Shown: positions 19,215 through 28,193, counted from the first letter of the stretch. The stretch: 64,000 bases of DNA from an uncultured virus (IMG/VR IMGVR_UViG_3300042287_000568) (IMGVR_UViG_3300042287_000568), one strand, 5' to 3'. Notes: a model not told the origin generated them from the sequence alone. Numbers and translations are program-made.

Positions 19215-19565
19215 ATGAAGTACAGACACGACAGACCAATGAAAAACATGAGCAACAGCGAGTTTATTACTTTTGTGCTTGAACTACCAGACGAGAAGGT
19301 GGATGCTGGGCTCATGGACGAGTGTTTTCATCGCTTGGTTGAGTTGGAGGGTCAGCGTTTTGATTTTCATCAGGCATTACATTTTGTTATAGATTGCGTA
19401 GAGGATAAGTCCCGACTGGACGGACTTGACCTAGTTGAGTTGTGTGTCATTGCAGGGTCAGACGGAAAGCCTCGTGATAACAGCGAAAGTAACCCAGACC
19501 TTGAACTTGAAGAATGTGAGCCGTTCCTTCGTTCTTGTGGGGCTTACGAAGATGACGAAGATTAG
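19215..19565 (+). CDS. Acidic hypothetical protein
   Basis: 116-aa ORF. Confidence 0.6.
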   Translation: MKYRHDRPMKNMSNSEFITFVLELPDEKVDAGLMDECFHRLVELEGQRFDFHQALHFVIDCVEDKSRLDGLDLVELCVIAGSDGKPRDNSESNPDLELEECEPFLRSCGAYEDDED

Positions 19566-19601
19566 GTTGTTTTTTTGACCTCTTATGGATAGATTGGTGT
19601 T

Positions 19602-19805
19602 ATGAGTAATCCTCCACTTCCATCCCGTCTGTCTTGCCTGCGCTTTGCGTTGGCTTCCGTCCTTGTGCGCTACGCCTTCCGTGTGTGCCCTCTCATCTTC
19701 GCTCCTCGCTTCATTGAGGAGACGGATGAAATAAGTCAGTACAAAGGCGAACTGTGGGCTGACAACGACTACATCAGTAACGACGACTGGAGTTTCCACA
19801 ACTGA
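19602..19805 (+). CDS. Hypothetical protein
   Basis: Leaderless ATG at TTG+35. Confidence 0.55.
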   Translation: MSNPPLPSRLSCLRFALASVLVRYAFRVCPLIFAPRFIEETDEISQYKGELWADNDYISNDDWSFHN

Positions 19806-19820
19806 GAGTTTTCTCAAACG

Positions 19821-19853
19821 AAAGCCATCTGCCTTCGGGTGGGTGGCTTTTTT
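19821..19853. terminator. Intrinsic terminator between convergent genes
   Basis: AAAGCCATCTGCC-TTCG-GGTGGGTGGCTTT followed by T run. Confidence 0.75.
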
Positions 19854-20118
19854 AGTTTTCCTCGGGGCTGAGAAGACGCATCTGTTTTTTCACTTCTGTG
19901 TAACAGGAGTTGAACGCATCTCCGAGTGACTCAAACTTCTTTGATACAGCCCACACATCGTCTTCACCGCGAGTCCACGCCAGAACGTCCCAGAGCCCCG
20001 AGACGCGTCGCATCTCAAAGTCCATGTCATGCAAGTCAAAGAACTTCGTGTATTGAGGAATATCGTTCCCTGCGTATGAGTTGTCTTCTTCGGGGCTACT
20101 CCCCCACGTGCTTGGCAT
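19852..20118 (-). CDS. Hypothetical protein
   Basis: TATTCT-N6-ATG leaderless start at 20118. Confidence 0.6.
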   Translation of the reverse strand: MPSTWGSSPEEDNSYAGNDIPQYTKFFDLHDMDFEMRRVSGLWDVLAWTRGEDDVWAVSKKFESLGDAFNSCYTEVKKQMRLLSPEEN

Positions 20119-20211
20119 AAACGCAGAATACCACAAACTTTATTTTTGCTGCAAGGTTGTTTTTACCTTTTATTACCGCTATGATGAAGTTATGAATGGG
20201 GGGAGGTGAAA

Positions 20212-20334
20212 ATGATTACAACCACGACTTGCTGGTTTTGCGGTGTGCTATGCCCAATCCAAGGCTTTGTGGAACTGCCCAACGGCGGTACCGAGCCTGC
20301 AGGGACTTGCCCTGACTGCGAAGCAGAACAATAA
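20212..20334 (+). CDS. 40-aa zinc-ribbon protein (not in ORF track)
   Basis: GGAGGTG RBS; CWFC...CPDC. Confidence 0.6.
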   Translation: MITTTTCWFCGVLCPIQGFVELPNGGTEPAGTCPDCEAEQ

Positions 20335-20610
20335 CCACACAGCCCCCGAAGCCCTCCGACAGGACAGGCTAGGGGGCTTTTCGCTGTCCCCTTTTATGCG
20401 CCTTCGTTGTTCTGCCCGCAGCCCCGGAGCCAGCACCAGAACGTTCTGTAACCAGATGCGAGAGTCGGGGCTCGCCGGCCGCCGGGCCGTAATTTAGAAA
20501 GTAGCGTCACGCAATTTTCTAGTTGCTTCACGAAACCTAGTCAGTTTCATTATCTAACCCAGTCAGTTTCGTAACGCTAGTAGGTTGCGTAATGCTTGTT
20601 AGGCATGCCT

Positions 20611-20630
20611 AATGTTTCACGTGAAACATT
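20611..20630. promoter_or_regulatory. parS: Chromosomal-type parS site
   Basis: AATGTTTCACGTGAAACATT, a perfect 20-bp palindrome containing the parS consensus TGTTTCACGTGAAACA; intergenic. Confidence 0.85.
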
Positions 20631-20688
20631 CTGAAAAAAAGTTTGGGGTGAGGTTGTTTCTACCCTTTACTATCTATATATTGGAGTT

Positions 20689-20901
20689 ATGGATAAGCAA
20701 CAAGTAGCGGAAATCGCAAGACTGGCAGAAGAACTAAGAGGAGCCCTCAAGGCCCTGACTGGTCCGAGTGGAAAGATGACATCATGGTGGTTCGGAAAAC
20801 CAGAGGACTGGCCCGAGGGTCTGCCGTGGACCGACGAGCAAATCGCAGCAGCAAGTAACGCTCTCGGGTCGCTGACCCTAGACGAAGAATACGGGGACTG
20901 A
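20689..20901 (+). CDS. Hypothetical protein
   Basis: Leaderless start. Confidence 0.65.
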   Translation: MDKQQVAEIARLAEELRGALKALTGPSGKMTSWWFGKPEDWPEGLPWTDEQIAAASNALGSLTLDEEYGD

Positions 20902-20938
20902 GGTTGTTATTACCTCTTACTACCGATAGGTTGGAGTT

Positions 20939-21235
20939 ATGAAGAAAATAGCCAAAGACATCAAGAAACTTGCCGAGGCTCTGGGCATCACGACAGACGA
21001 ACTGTTGAAGGAGATGGAAGTCGGTTCGCCGACGAAACCCTTCACGGTCTCAATCTCGTTCGGTCGCCTGAGCCAGATGGAGAGTTTCGCCGAGGAATAC
21101 CTAGCCAAGACGGGGCTTGCCCTGTACCACGCCGACGCACTTGACTACGAGTACAAGGGTCGTGCGCCAGGAAATACATTCGTGGTTCGTAACCCGAACG
21201 ACACGCACAAGCCTGAGGACATGAGAGTTTTCTGA
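20939..21235 (+). CDS. Hypothetical protein
   Basis: Leaderless start. Confidence 0.65.
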   Translation: MKKIAKDIKKLAEALGITTDELLKEMEVGSPTKPFTVSISFGRLSQMESFAEEYLAKTGLALYHADALDYEYKGRAPGNTFVVRNPNDTHKPEDMRVF

Positions 21236-21356
21236 CTCTCAGTCTTCTGGTGGGGCCCCGAGAATTGCTTTCCGCCACCGTTAAAGGATTAGAAACCCTG
21301 ACACACCCCCTGGGGTGCGGGATTTTTTTTGATTTTTTCGTCGGTTCAGAACGGTA

Positions 21357-21377
21357 TGTGGATAAACCTGTGGATAA
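21357..21377 (-). promoter_or_regulatory. Two perfect DnaA boxes
   Basis: TGTGGATAA at 21357-21365 and 21369-21377, upstream of promoter 21394. Confidence 0.7.
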
Positions 21378-21517
21378 CTTTTTTGGTTGCAGGTTGGAAC
21401 TACCCCTTACTACCGATAGAGTGAAGGTATGAATGAATACACAGTCCCCGAGATGCCCGACCATTGCCATTGCAGTAGCAACGGCGAGTGCAATTACTGT
21501 CTCAAACTGATAGAGGA

Positions 21518-21811
21518 ATGATGGAGAGAATTAGTCCCGCTCAGCGTAGAGCGCAACGACAAGCCGAGTACAAGCGTCTCTCACGAAACAGTAAGCGCAG
21601 ACGGGCGTACTACCTCAAATTCGTAGCCGACAGACCAGCCCACTGTAACGCATGCGGGGCCACGAAGACCGCAAAAGAGATGGTTGATTACGCACGACGA
21701 GAAGTAAGCGTCAAGAACAAGTGTCGTCCGTGCTTTGATAAAGAACTAGAAGAGGAATACGGGTACGAAGACGAGTACGAAGACGACCGAATTTGGTGGA
21801 AGACGGGATGA
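21518..21811 (+). CDS. Basic zinc-finger hypothetical protein
   Basis: CNACG...CRPC; follows a 30-aa leaderless Cys-rich ORF at 21429-21521. Confidence 0.6.
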   Translation: MMERISPAQRRAQRQAEYKRLSRNSKRRRAYYLKFVADRPAHCNACGATKTAKEMVDYARREVSVKNKCRPCFDKELEEEYGYEDEYEDDRIWWKTG

Positions 21812-22204
21812 TGTGTTATTGTGACACGATGAGACGACCAGCCGAAACCGAAGAAGAAATAGCAATCTCTAAAAAGAAGTTGCTAGATGCTTGGGAAAAG
21901 GCGAAGATGAATTCTCCATTCTTTACTCCAAAAGTTCCCGACGAGAAGCCCCGAGAAGACTAAGTTTTACAAAAGACCTCACACACCCCCATTCATTGAG
22001 GCGCAAGTGCCCCCACCCTGTTTTTGTTCAAACTTTTAGGTGGGGGCATTTGACGTATTATGGGTACATGACAAATGAACCAGACGACGGGGCTCCGAAA
22101 GAGCCGGAAGAGCCGAAGGAAGAACCGCAACCACGCCCTCGCTTTCTTCAGAGAAAACGACGCACGGGTTGTCGTACCTGCTTCTAACCTGTAACCTGCA
22201 AGGC

Positions 22205-22534
22205 ATGGTAGGAAAAGACGCAAAAAACTTTGACCCGACTGATGTCATGATGAGAACCAAGAGACCCCCGACACCCGCTCAGGTGCAAGAGCATCTTGAA
22301 GCGATGGGCGAGACGACCCTTCTGATGGACGGCTTTGGGGACGCACTCATTGGTTTCTCACAACGCATAAACGAACCGTTCCTTGCTGTGTACTCATGGG
22401 AGAAGATGATGGAAGTCTGTATGGTTCGTGACGGTATGGACGAAGAAGAAGCAGAAGAGTACATCAGTTACAACTGCACCGGGGCTTGGGTGGGCGAGCA
22501 AACTCCAATTATTGTTATGCCCGTGTTGTACTGA
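22205..22534 (+). CDS. Conserved phage hypothetical protein
   Basis: DGFGDALIG...AVYS...EEAEEYISYN..GAWVGEQTP. Confidence 0.7.
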   Translation: MVGKDAKNFDPTDVMMRTKRPPTPAQVQEHLEAMGETTLLMDGFGDALIGFSQRINEPFLAVYSWEKMMEVCMVRDGMDEEEAEEYISYNCTGAWVGEQTPIIVMPVLY

Positions 22535-23054
22535 TGAGCAAAGAAGTGTCTCCCGAAGGCAATGTCAATGTCACCATCGCCAATGTCCTCAAATGGTTTG
22601 AGGAGTCAGAGAGTTGTTTGTTTCACAACCATGCTGAGCGAATCCCGATAACGAAGACACAGAGCCCCGACTTGGTTCAGTCAATAATAGACAGTCACTT
22701 CTGCTAGTTCCGCCGACTAGATAAATCTTTCTCACCATGTTGGTATTAGTGTTTACTACCTGTAAAGTGTAACTATGGAAGTACAAGAAACACGTAAACC
22801 AAAAGCATGGCGTAACGGCAGATACATTTACTGCATGACTCATAGTCAGACACAGTGCTACGACATTGAACTCCTCTATGGAGACGACCCTGCGATAGAC
22901 GGTGGACGTAAGTGCGATTGGTGCAAGGGGAGACTCAAGTGAAGGACTGGACATGGGAAGATATGCAGGCGTATGACGACTTCATGGAGTCATGGGCTAA
23001 CGCTTACCTGTGCGAAACAGCGAACGAAGACGGGGCCGCCGAATGCGCATAAGT

Positions 23055-23429
23055 ATGCGTTCATTAAGTATTGGATTCATTTCTTTAGTCGCATTGACGG
23101 GAGTTGTGAAACTGTCGCATCTTTCCACTGAGTTTTTTCTACCTACGCATTGGGCTTACAATGACGCATACAACCCTAATGCTGAACCGGTGTATGGTGA
23201 TGAGTGTGGATACTCTTACGCAGAAGGAGAACAGTGCGATTCCGTGTTGCTCAACAACACCGACTACGAGCAGTATATTCCATACCATACATACATCGGC
23301 AGTGATGAATATGTTTACTGGGACGAGGAAACGCCTCTCGGGCCATTGGTAACGTTCCTTGTGATATATGGAGTCGGCACTTACTTCGCAGTAAAGAAAC
23401 TATACGACGAAGATGGGGTTAGCGAATGA
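23055..23429 (+). CDS. Membrane protein
   Basis: N- and C-terminal hydrophobic helices. Confidence 0.55.
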   Translation: MRSLSIGFISLVALTGVVKLSHLSTEFFLPTHWAYNDAYNPNAEPVYGDECGYSYAEGEQCDSVLLNNTDYEQYIPYHTYIGSDEYVYWDEETPLGPLVTFLVIYGVGTYFAVKKLYDEDGVSE

Positions 23430-23677
23430 CGTTTGACGACCACTACGAAGACGGTACCTACGAAGAGTTCGTGGATAGAGTGTACGCCTCTTGGGAGCAT
23501 CCAGCGAATCAGAAGCGTCTAGGTCAGGTGTTCTTCAACAAACTCCACAAGGAGCGCCCCGCAATAGCGGCTCACATTCAAGGCACCATGTTTGACCCAT
23601 TCCACCAAGACTACATCCACATCAAGGTGGCTGAAGTGGTGAAGACGTTGTGGTACGAAGAGAACAACAAGGACTGA
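23426..23677 (+). CDS. Hypothetical protein
   Basis: RLGQVFFN.L....P......GT.FDPF pattern. Confidence 0.65.
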   Translation: MTFDDHYEDGTYEEFVDRVYASWEHPANQKRLGQVFFNKLHKERPAIAAHIQGTMFDPFHQDYIHIKVAEVVKTLWYEENNKD

Positions 23678-23715
23678 AGGTTGCAGTCGCCTTCTACTAT
23701 CCGTATAATGGAAGT

Positions 23716-23820
23716 AGCCAGCCAACTGGCGGTGGTTAATCGGATTCGGTAAGACCACACAATTAGTTTCGCTAACGGGAAATGGGAAATAAACCTCAGC
23801 CTTCGGGTTGGGGTTTTTTC
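23716..23820 (+). ncRNA. Candidate small RNA of about 105 nt
   Basis: Motif promoter with TATAAT but no ATG at +1; three hairpins and a UUCG terminator with T run. Confidence 0.55.
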
Positions 23821-23976
23821 TTGTTTTATCGCACGTTCCCGCTGCAGCCCCGTCGTTGTCCTCTTGCGTCTAGACGGTTACTCCGAATTCCTTTCCGCCA
23901 CCGTTAGTAGATTAGGGATGATATTTTCTGGCTGCCGTAATCCGGGACTTCGGCTGATAAGAATCTACAAAAAGGC

Positions 23977-23985
23977 TGTGGATAA
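23977..23985 (-). promoter_or_regulatory. Perfect DnaA box
   Basis: TGTGGATAA upstream of promoter 24003. Confidence 0.6.
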
Positions 23986-24037
23986 CTTTCTTTTGTTTGG
24001 GGTTGCTTTTACCTTTTATTACAGATAGAGTGAAGAT

Positions 24038-24301
24038 ATGAGTAAATACATCAAAAGACGCATAGCCGTTGGCATTATCGTATTGGTGCCAGTAGCCCTG
24101 CTATTCAGCAACGTTATTGACAGCAAGTACAACTACTCGTGTCCCACTGCAAGCGTGACAGTAGAGCGAGGCGACACACTCTCAGGCATTACCGAAAGAC
24201 ACTGTAAGGGGCACACACTTCAAGCAAGTTGGGACATAGCCAATGAGCGTGGTACTAGCACGCTTGATACAGGCGACATCATTCAATTGAGCGATAAGTA
24301 A
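24038..24301 (+). CDS. Membrane-anchored LysM domain protein
   Basis: N-terminal TM segment; VTVERGDTLSGI...LDTGDIIQL. Confidence 0.75.
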   Translation: MSKYIKRRIAVGIIVLVPVALLFSNVIDSKYNYSCPTASVTVERGDTLSGITERHCKGHTLQASWDIANERGTSTLDTGDIIQLSDK

Positions 24302-24334
24302 GGTGAAGCGCAAACGCTGGGCTATGATGCGGGT

Positions 24335-26248
24335 GTGAAAAAACTCAGCCTTGATGATGACCACCTAGTCCTTGACTTTCCTTACGACCCCGAGCAGGTT
24401 GTAAAGGTTAAACAGATAAAGGGAGCCAAGTGGGACAAGGTCGCACGTGTGTGGCGAGCCCCGATGGTGAGTCTCAGCGAAGCAAGGCAGTTCGCACAGG
24501 ACAACGACTTTGACATTGACCCCGAAGTCCTGTTATTCACGTTGCCTACTCACAAGAACGAGGCGAAGGGCATTAACTACGACGGCAAATGGCTTACCAT
24601 GTCTTTTGGTTATGACAGAGTAATGATTCAGTCAGTCAAACAAGTGGCAGGAGTTACTTGGGACAAGAAGACGATGGCATGGCGAGCCCCGGTTACCAGT
24701 ATTGCCGACGTTGTGAAGTGGGGAGACACCTTCAAGCAACAGGTTCCTGACGAAGTTCGTGAAATGCTCAAAGAAGTAGACACATCGCTGTCGGAACTTA
24801 GAGAAGCATCACGGCTGACTGACGCCGAGATTGAAGTGTCGGGACTGACGGGAACGTTATTGCCGTATCAAAGGGCAGGGGTTGCTTACGCAAGTAACGC
24901 ACGGCGCACTTTCATCGCAGACGAGATGGGCTTGGGGAAAACATTGCAAGCAATTGCGACATTGGAACATGTAGGTAATTCGTACCCAGCGGTCGTCGTT
25001 TGCCCCGCAACACTCGTGCTGAACTGGAAAGCGGAATATAACAGGTGGCTTCCACACATCAGGGTTGCAGTCGTAAAAGACCGTAAAGAGTTTCCATCTG
25101 ATTATGATGTGGTTGTTATTAGTTATTCTAACCTTAATAAGTGGGAAAAGCAACTCTCAAACCACAAGTCTTACGTTTTTGATGAGAGTCATTACTGCAA
25201 GACGCCAACAGCACAGCGAACAAAGAGTGCGGTGAAGATTGCACGTTCAGCCCCGAAGAACGGAATTGTTCTGTGTTTGACGGGAACTCCAGTTACCAAC
25301 CGACCTGCCGAGTACGCAAGCCAACTAAACATTCTTGGAAAGTTAGATAAGTTCGGAGGAGAGTGGGGTTTTTACCGACGCTATTGCGGGGCCTTCAAAG
25401 ACAAGTGGGGCCAATGGCATCTTGATGGACATAGCAATCTTGATGAACTAAATGACTTGCTTCGCTCAACTTGTTACATAAGGCGCACAAAAGAACAGGT
25501 TTTATCAGACCTACCCCCAGTTGTTCATGACCCCGTGCTTGTTGACGGGACTGCAGCCGGCATGAAGGAATACAAAAAAGCCGAAACTGACATCGTTGAG
25601 TACCTCATGCAACGAGCAAAAGAGATAGCACTTGAACTTGGGCTGAACCCTAACTCCGCAGCGGTTGTTGCAAAAATCAAGGCAGAGTCAAATCAGCACT
25701 TAGTTCGCCTGTCTGTATTGCGCCGTCTGTCAGCCAAAGCAAAGATGCCCGTCATCAAGGAGTGGGTGGAGTCCCGTGTTGCCGAAGGACGCAAAGTCGT
25801 AATCGCTGCTCACCACAGAGATGTAGTAGATGAACTCGCACTTGCGTTCGGCAACCTACGCATTCAAGGGGGCATGGACATCAACGAGATAGAAGCGCAG
25901 AAGCACAAGTTTATGACATTGCCATGTGAAGAAGCACCAGTCATTGTCCTCTCAATCCAAGCGGCAAAGACGGGGCACAACCTGCAAGTCGCACAAGATG
26001 TTTTGTTTGTGGAATTACCGTGGACACCCGCCGATGTAGACCAAACTTATAGTCGCTGTCATAGGCTCGGACAGAAGTCGTCAGTCACGGCGACCTACCT
26101 GCTGTGTGATGGAACGATAGATGAAGATATCTACTCTCTCATTGAGCGCAAGCGTGGTGTGGTGAATCAGGCTGTGGACGGAGGTCCCGCTGCTGAAGGT
26201 GATTCTCTAGGGGAACTGCTGATGGGTTTATTTAAAAAAGGTGTTTGA
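24335..26248 (+). CDS. SNF2-family (HARP/SMARCAL1-like) helicase
   Basis: Two HARP-like repeats (VKQI.G..WDK....WRAP), ADEMGLGKT, DESH, LTGTP, QTYSRCHRLGQ. Confidence 0.9.
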   Translation: MKKLSLDDDHLVLDFPYDPEQVVKVKQIKGAKWDKVARVWRAPMVSLSEARQFAQDNDFDIDPEVLLFTLPTHKNEAKGINYDGKWLTMSFGYDRVMIQSVKQVAGVTWDKKTMAWRAPVTSIADVVKWGDTFKQQVPDEVREMLKEVDTSLSELREASRLTDAEIEVSGLTGTLLPYQRAGVAYASNARRTFIADEMGLGKTLQAIATLEHVGNSYPAVVVCPATLVLNWKAEYNRWLPHIRVAVVKDRKEFPSDYDVVVISYSNLNKWEKQLSNHKSYVFDESHYCKTPTAQRTKSAVKIARSAPKNGIVLCLTGTPVTNRPAEYASQLNILGKLDKFGGEWGFYRRYCGAFKDKWGQWHLDGHSNLDELNDLLRSTCYIRRTKEQVLSDLPPVVHDPVLVDGTAAGMKEYKKAETDIVEYLMQRAKEIALELGLNPNSAAVVAKIKAESNQHLVRLSVLRRLSAKAKMPVIKEWVESRVAEGRKVVIAAHHRDVVDELALAFGNLRIQGGMDINEIEAQKHKFMTLPCEEAPVIVLSIQAAKTGHNLQVAQDVLFVELPWTPADVDQTYSRCHRLGQKSSVTATYLLCDGTIDEDIYSLIERKRGVVNQAVDGGPAAEGDSLGELLMGLFKKGV

Positions 26249-26287
26249 GAGGTTGTATCTACCTCTTACTACCGATAGTATGAAGGC

Positions 26288-26434
26288 ATGAACAAGAAGA
26301 AGGACATCATCCGTCTAGCACTTAACCAAAAGGGAATAGTGGTTACTGACGGAATACCCGAACACATCATGGAACTACTTCGTTTCAACGGATACAAAAT
26401 CAAGGTGCGAAAGAAGGTCAAGAAATGGACTTAG
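26288..26434 (+). CDS. 48-aa basic hypothetical protein (not in ORF track)
   Basis: Leaderless ATG at TTG+35. Confidence 0.55.
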   Translation: MNKKKDIIRLALNQKGIVVTDGIPEHIMELLRFNGYKIKVRKKVKKWT

Positions 26435-26726
26435 CAATCAACATTCACCCCCTGCTAGCAGTAGCAATCATCACGGGCTTCGTTGCCCTACGAATTACAC
26501 GAGTGGAACTAAAAAGTGTAATGAAAAAGAAAACAAAATCCCCATTCTGATAAGGCTGTAAAGCCTCCAAGTTTAAAACCCACCTGTTGCCCTCCGACAG
26601 GTGGGTTTTTGCTGTCCCACCCCTGACTCGCAAGACAAAACGCTGGGCTCACAAACTTCCCGGCGGAGTTGTTTGTTTCATCATTACGTAGTATGCTTTC
26701 TCATAAATCTAACGAAAGGTTTAGAG

Positions 26727-27752
26727 ATGGCACATGAACTAGAACGAGACGTAATGGGTAGAGCCAAGATGGCTTATGCTGACAGGGAAATCCCTTGGCA
26801 CAGACTCGGACAGCCAATGGCTGGTCTCCAGACCGCTGAAGCAATGCTCACGGCAGCACAGGCAGACTTTGATGTCGCCTTGACTAAGGTAATCGCAGTT
26901 GATGATGACCTCAACCCGCTGCGCAATCCCGACGGTAGTCCCGTATTCATCTCAGACAGCCGTGCGACAGTTCGGGTAAATCCAGACGGAACTATTGATG
27001 GGCTTTCAACGGTTGGAACCCGTTTTGTAGTTCAACAAAACAAGGACTGTCTTGACCGTGCGCTAGCGATTGTCGGGGCCTCAGCGGGCGACGCAATCGT
27101 GGATACCTGTGGCGTACTAAACGATGGTCGTGAGTTTTTCGCATGTCTTGACTTGGGTGCACTCATTATTGACCCAAATGGAATCAACGACAAGATTCAG
27201 CGTTACCTGCTTGTTCGTAATGGACACGATGGCAAGACAGCAATCACATACGCAAACACATCAATCCGAGCCGTCTGCAAGAATACGGTCATCGCAGGAC
27301 TTGGTGCGGCAAGCGCAGTTTTCACAGCACGACACACCCGTAATGCAGAAGCCGCAATTGAGGATGCAACCGAAGTAATCAAACTCTCAACTATTTGGGC
27401 AACAGGTTTTGAGAGAACTGCCAAGCAACTTCTTGAAGTACCAGTCCCGGCCGGTTCTTCGGCCCTTGATAAAATCGTAAACGGTGTGTTTCCTCACAAG
27501 AAAGACGAAACCGACCGTCAAAAGAAAAACGTTGACGACATTCATCTGCTTGTTCGTGGTTTGTACATCAATGACAAGAATGCTGGTGGCTACGGTTTTA
27601 ATGGTTGGTCAGCATACAACGCTGTTGGTGAGTACCTTGACCATTATCGGGACGCCAGACCAGAAGAACGAGCAATCGCATCAATGGATAGCAACTCATG
27701 GGTTTCACGCAAAAAGGCAGAAACACAGTCAATTATCCTTGCGCTTGCTTGA
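26727..27752 (+). CDS. DUF932-family phage/plasmid protein
   Basis: MAHEL...PWHRLG, QN, NGHDG, IRAVCKNT, RHT, W.AYNAVGEYLDH. Confidence 0.85.
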   Translation: MAHELERDVMGRAKMAYADREIPWHRLGQPMAGLQTAEAMLTAAQADFDVALTKVIAVDDDLNPLRNPDGSPVFISDSRATVRVNPDGTIDGLSTVGTRFVVQQNKDCLDRALAIVGASAGDAIVDTCGVLNDGREFFACLDLGALIIDPNGINDKIQRYLLVRNGHDGKTAITYANTSIRAVCKNTVIAGLGAASAVFTARHTRNAEAAIEDATEVIKLSTIWATGFERTAKQLLEVPVPAGSSALDKIVNGVFPHKKDETDRQKKNVDDIHLLVRGLYINDKNAGGYGFNGWSAYNAVGEYLDHYRDARPEERAIASMDSNSWVSRKKAETQSIILALA

Positions 27753-27794
27753 CACACCCGAGTGTCATAATTAGTATGACTACAATGGGGGCTT

Positions 27795-28193
27795 ATGGAC
27801 GAAGAATCATTTGAATCCGAAGGTGAACCAACCGAGATGATGGCTGAGTTTCTTAGTCAATTCATGAGCGCAGGAACATCAGAGCAGATTTACCGCAAGC
27901 ACTATTGCGACATTGTTGCACATAAGGTTTACAACGAATTCGGTTACGACGGAATGTGTGAACTGATGCTTTCAATGGACAAGAAAGCCGACTGGATTTC
28001 AGACATCATTCTTGAGTCGCCCGACCTTGACAATATCGCTTTCAAGAAGTACGGGACTTTTGACCCGCACATGTCTTCAAAGGCACGACACACGAGGTCG
28101 TTCAAGGAACTAAATGAGAAGTTGTGGCGCTTACGCCGTAAGTACGCCAAACTGATTGTTGATGAAATCATGGAGCCCGAGGTGGGAGCATGA
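27795..28193 (+). CDS. Hypothetical protein
   Basis: 132-aa ORF. Confidence 0.65.
   Translation: MDEESFESEGEPTEMMAEFLSQFMSAGTSEQIYRKHYCDIVAHKVYNEFGYDGMCELMLSMDKKADWISDIILESPDLDNIAFKKYGTFDPHMSSKARHTRSFKELNEKLWRLRRKYAKLIVDEIMEPEVGA

Larger units (their letters stand above)
2864..23904 (+). repeat. Dispersed strand-polarised 12-mer TTCCGCCACCGT (10 copies)
   Basis: Starts at 2864, 3741, 4711 (one mismatch), 9361, 11960, 15326, 16559, 18882, 21270 and 23893; the last six are followed by N5-GATTAG. Confidence 0.9.
11495..26290 (+). promoter_or_regulatory. 23 rightward copies of the conserved early promoter
   Basis: -35 TTG at 11495, 12165, 12378, 12712, 13446, 13683, 14780, 15501, 15956, 16298, 16691, 17406, 18135, 18530, 18968, 19567, 20157, 20654, 20904, 21394, 23681, 24003 and 26253; all but 16691 and 23681 have ATG at TTG+35. 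Confidence 0.9.

Noticed and set aside
11495..26290. Recurring motif of about 40 bp as a CRISPR array or integron attC sites
   Set aside because: Spacing is irregular (0.2-2.3 kb), copies are degenerate and non-palindromic, the geometry fits -35/-10 exactly, and no cas or integrase gene is seen.
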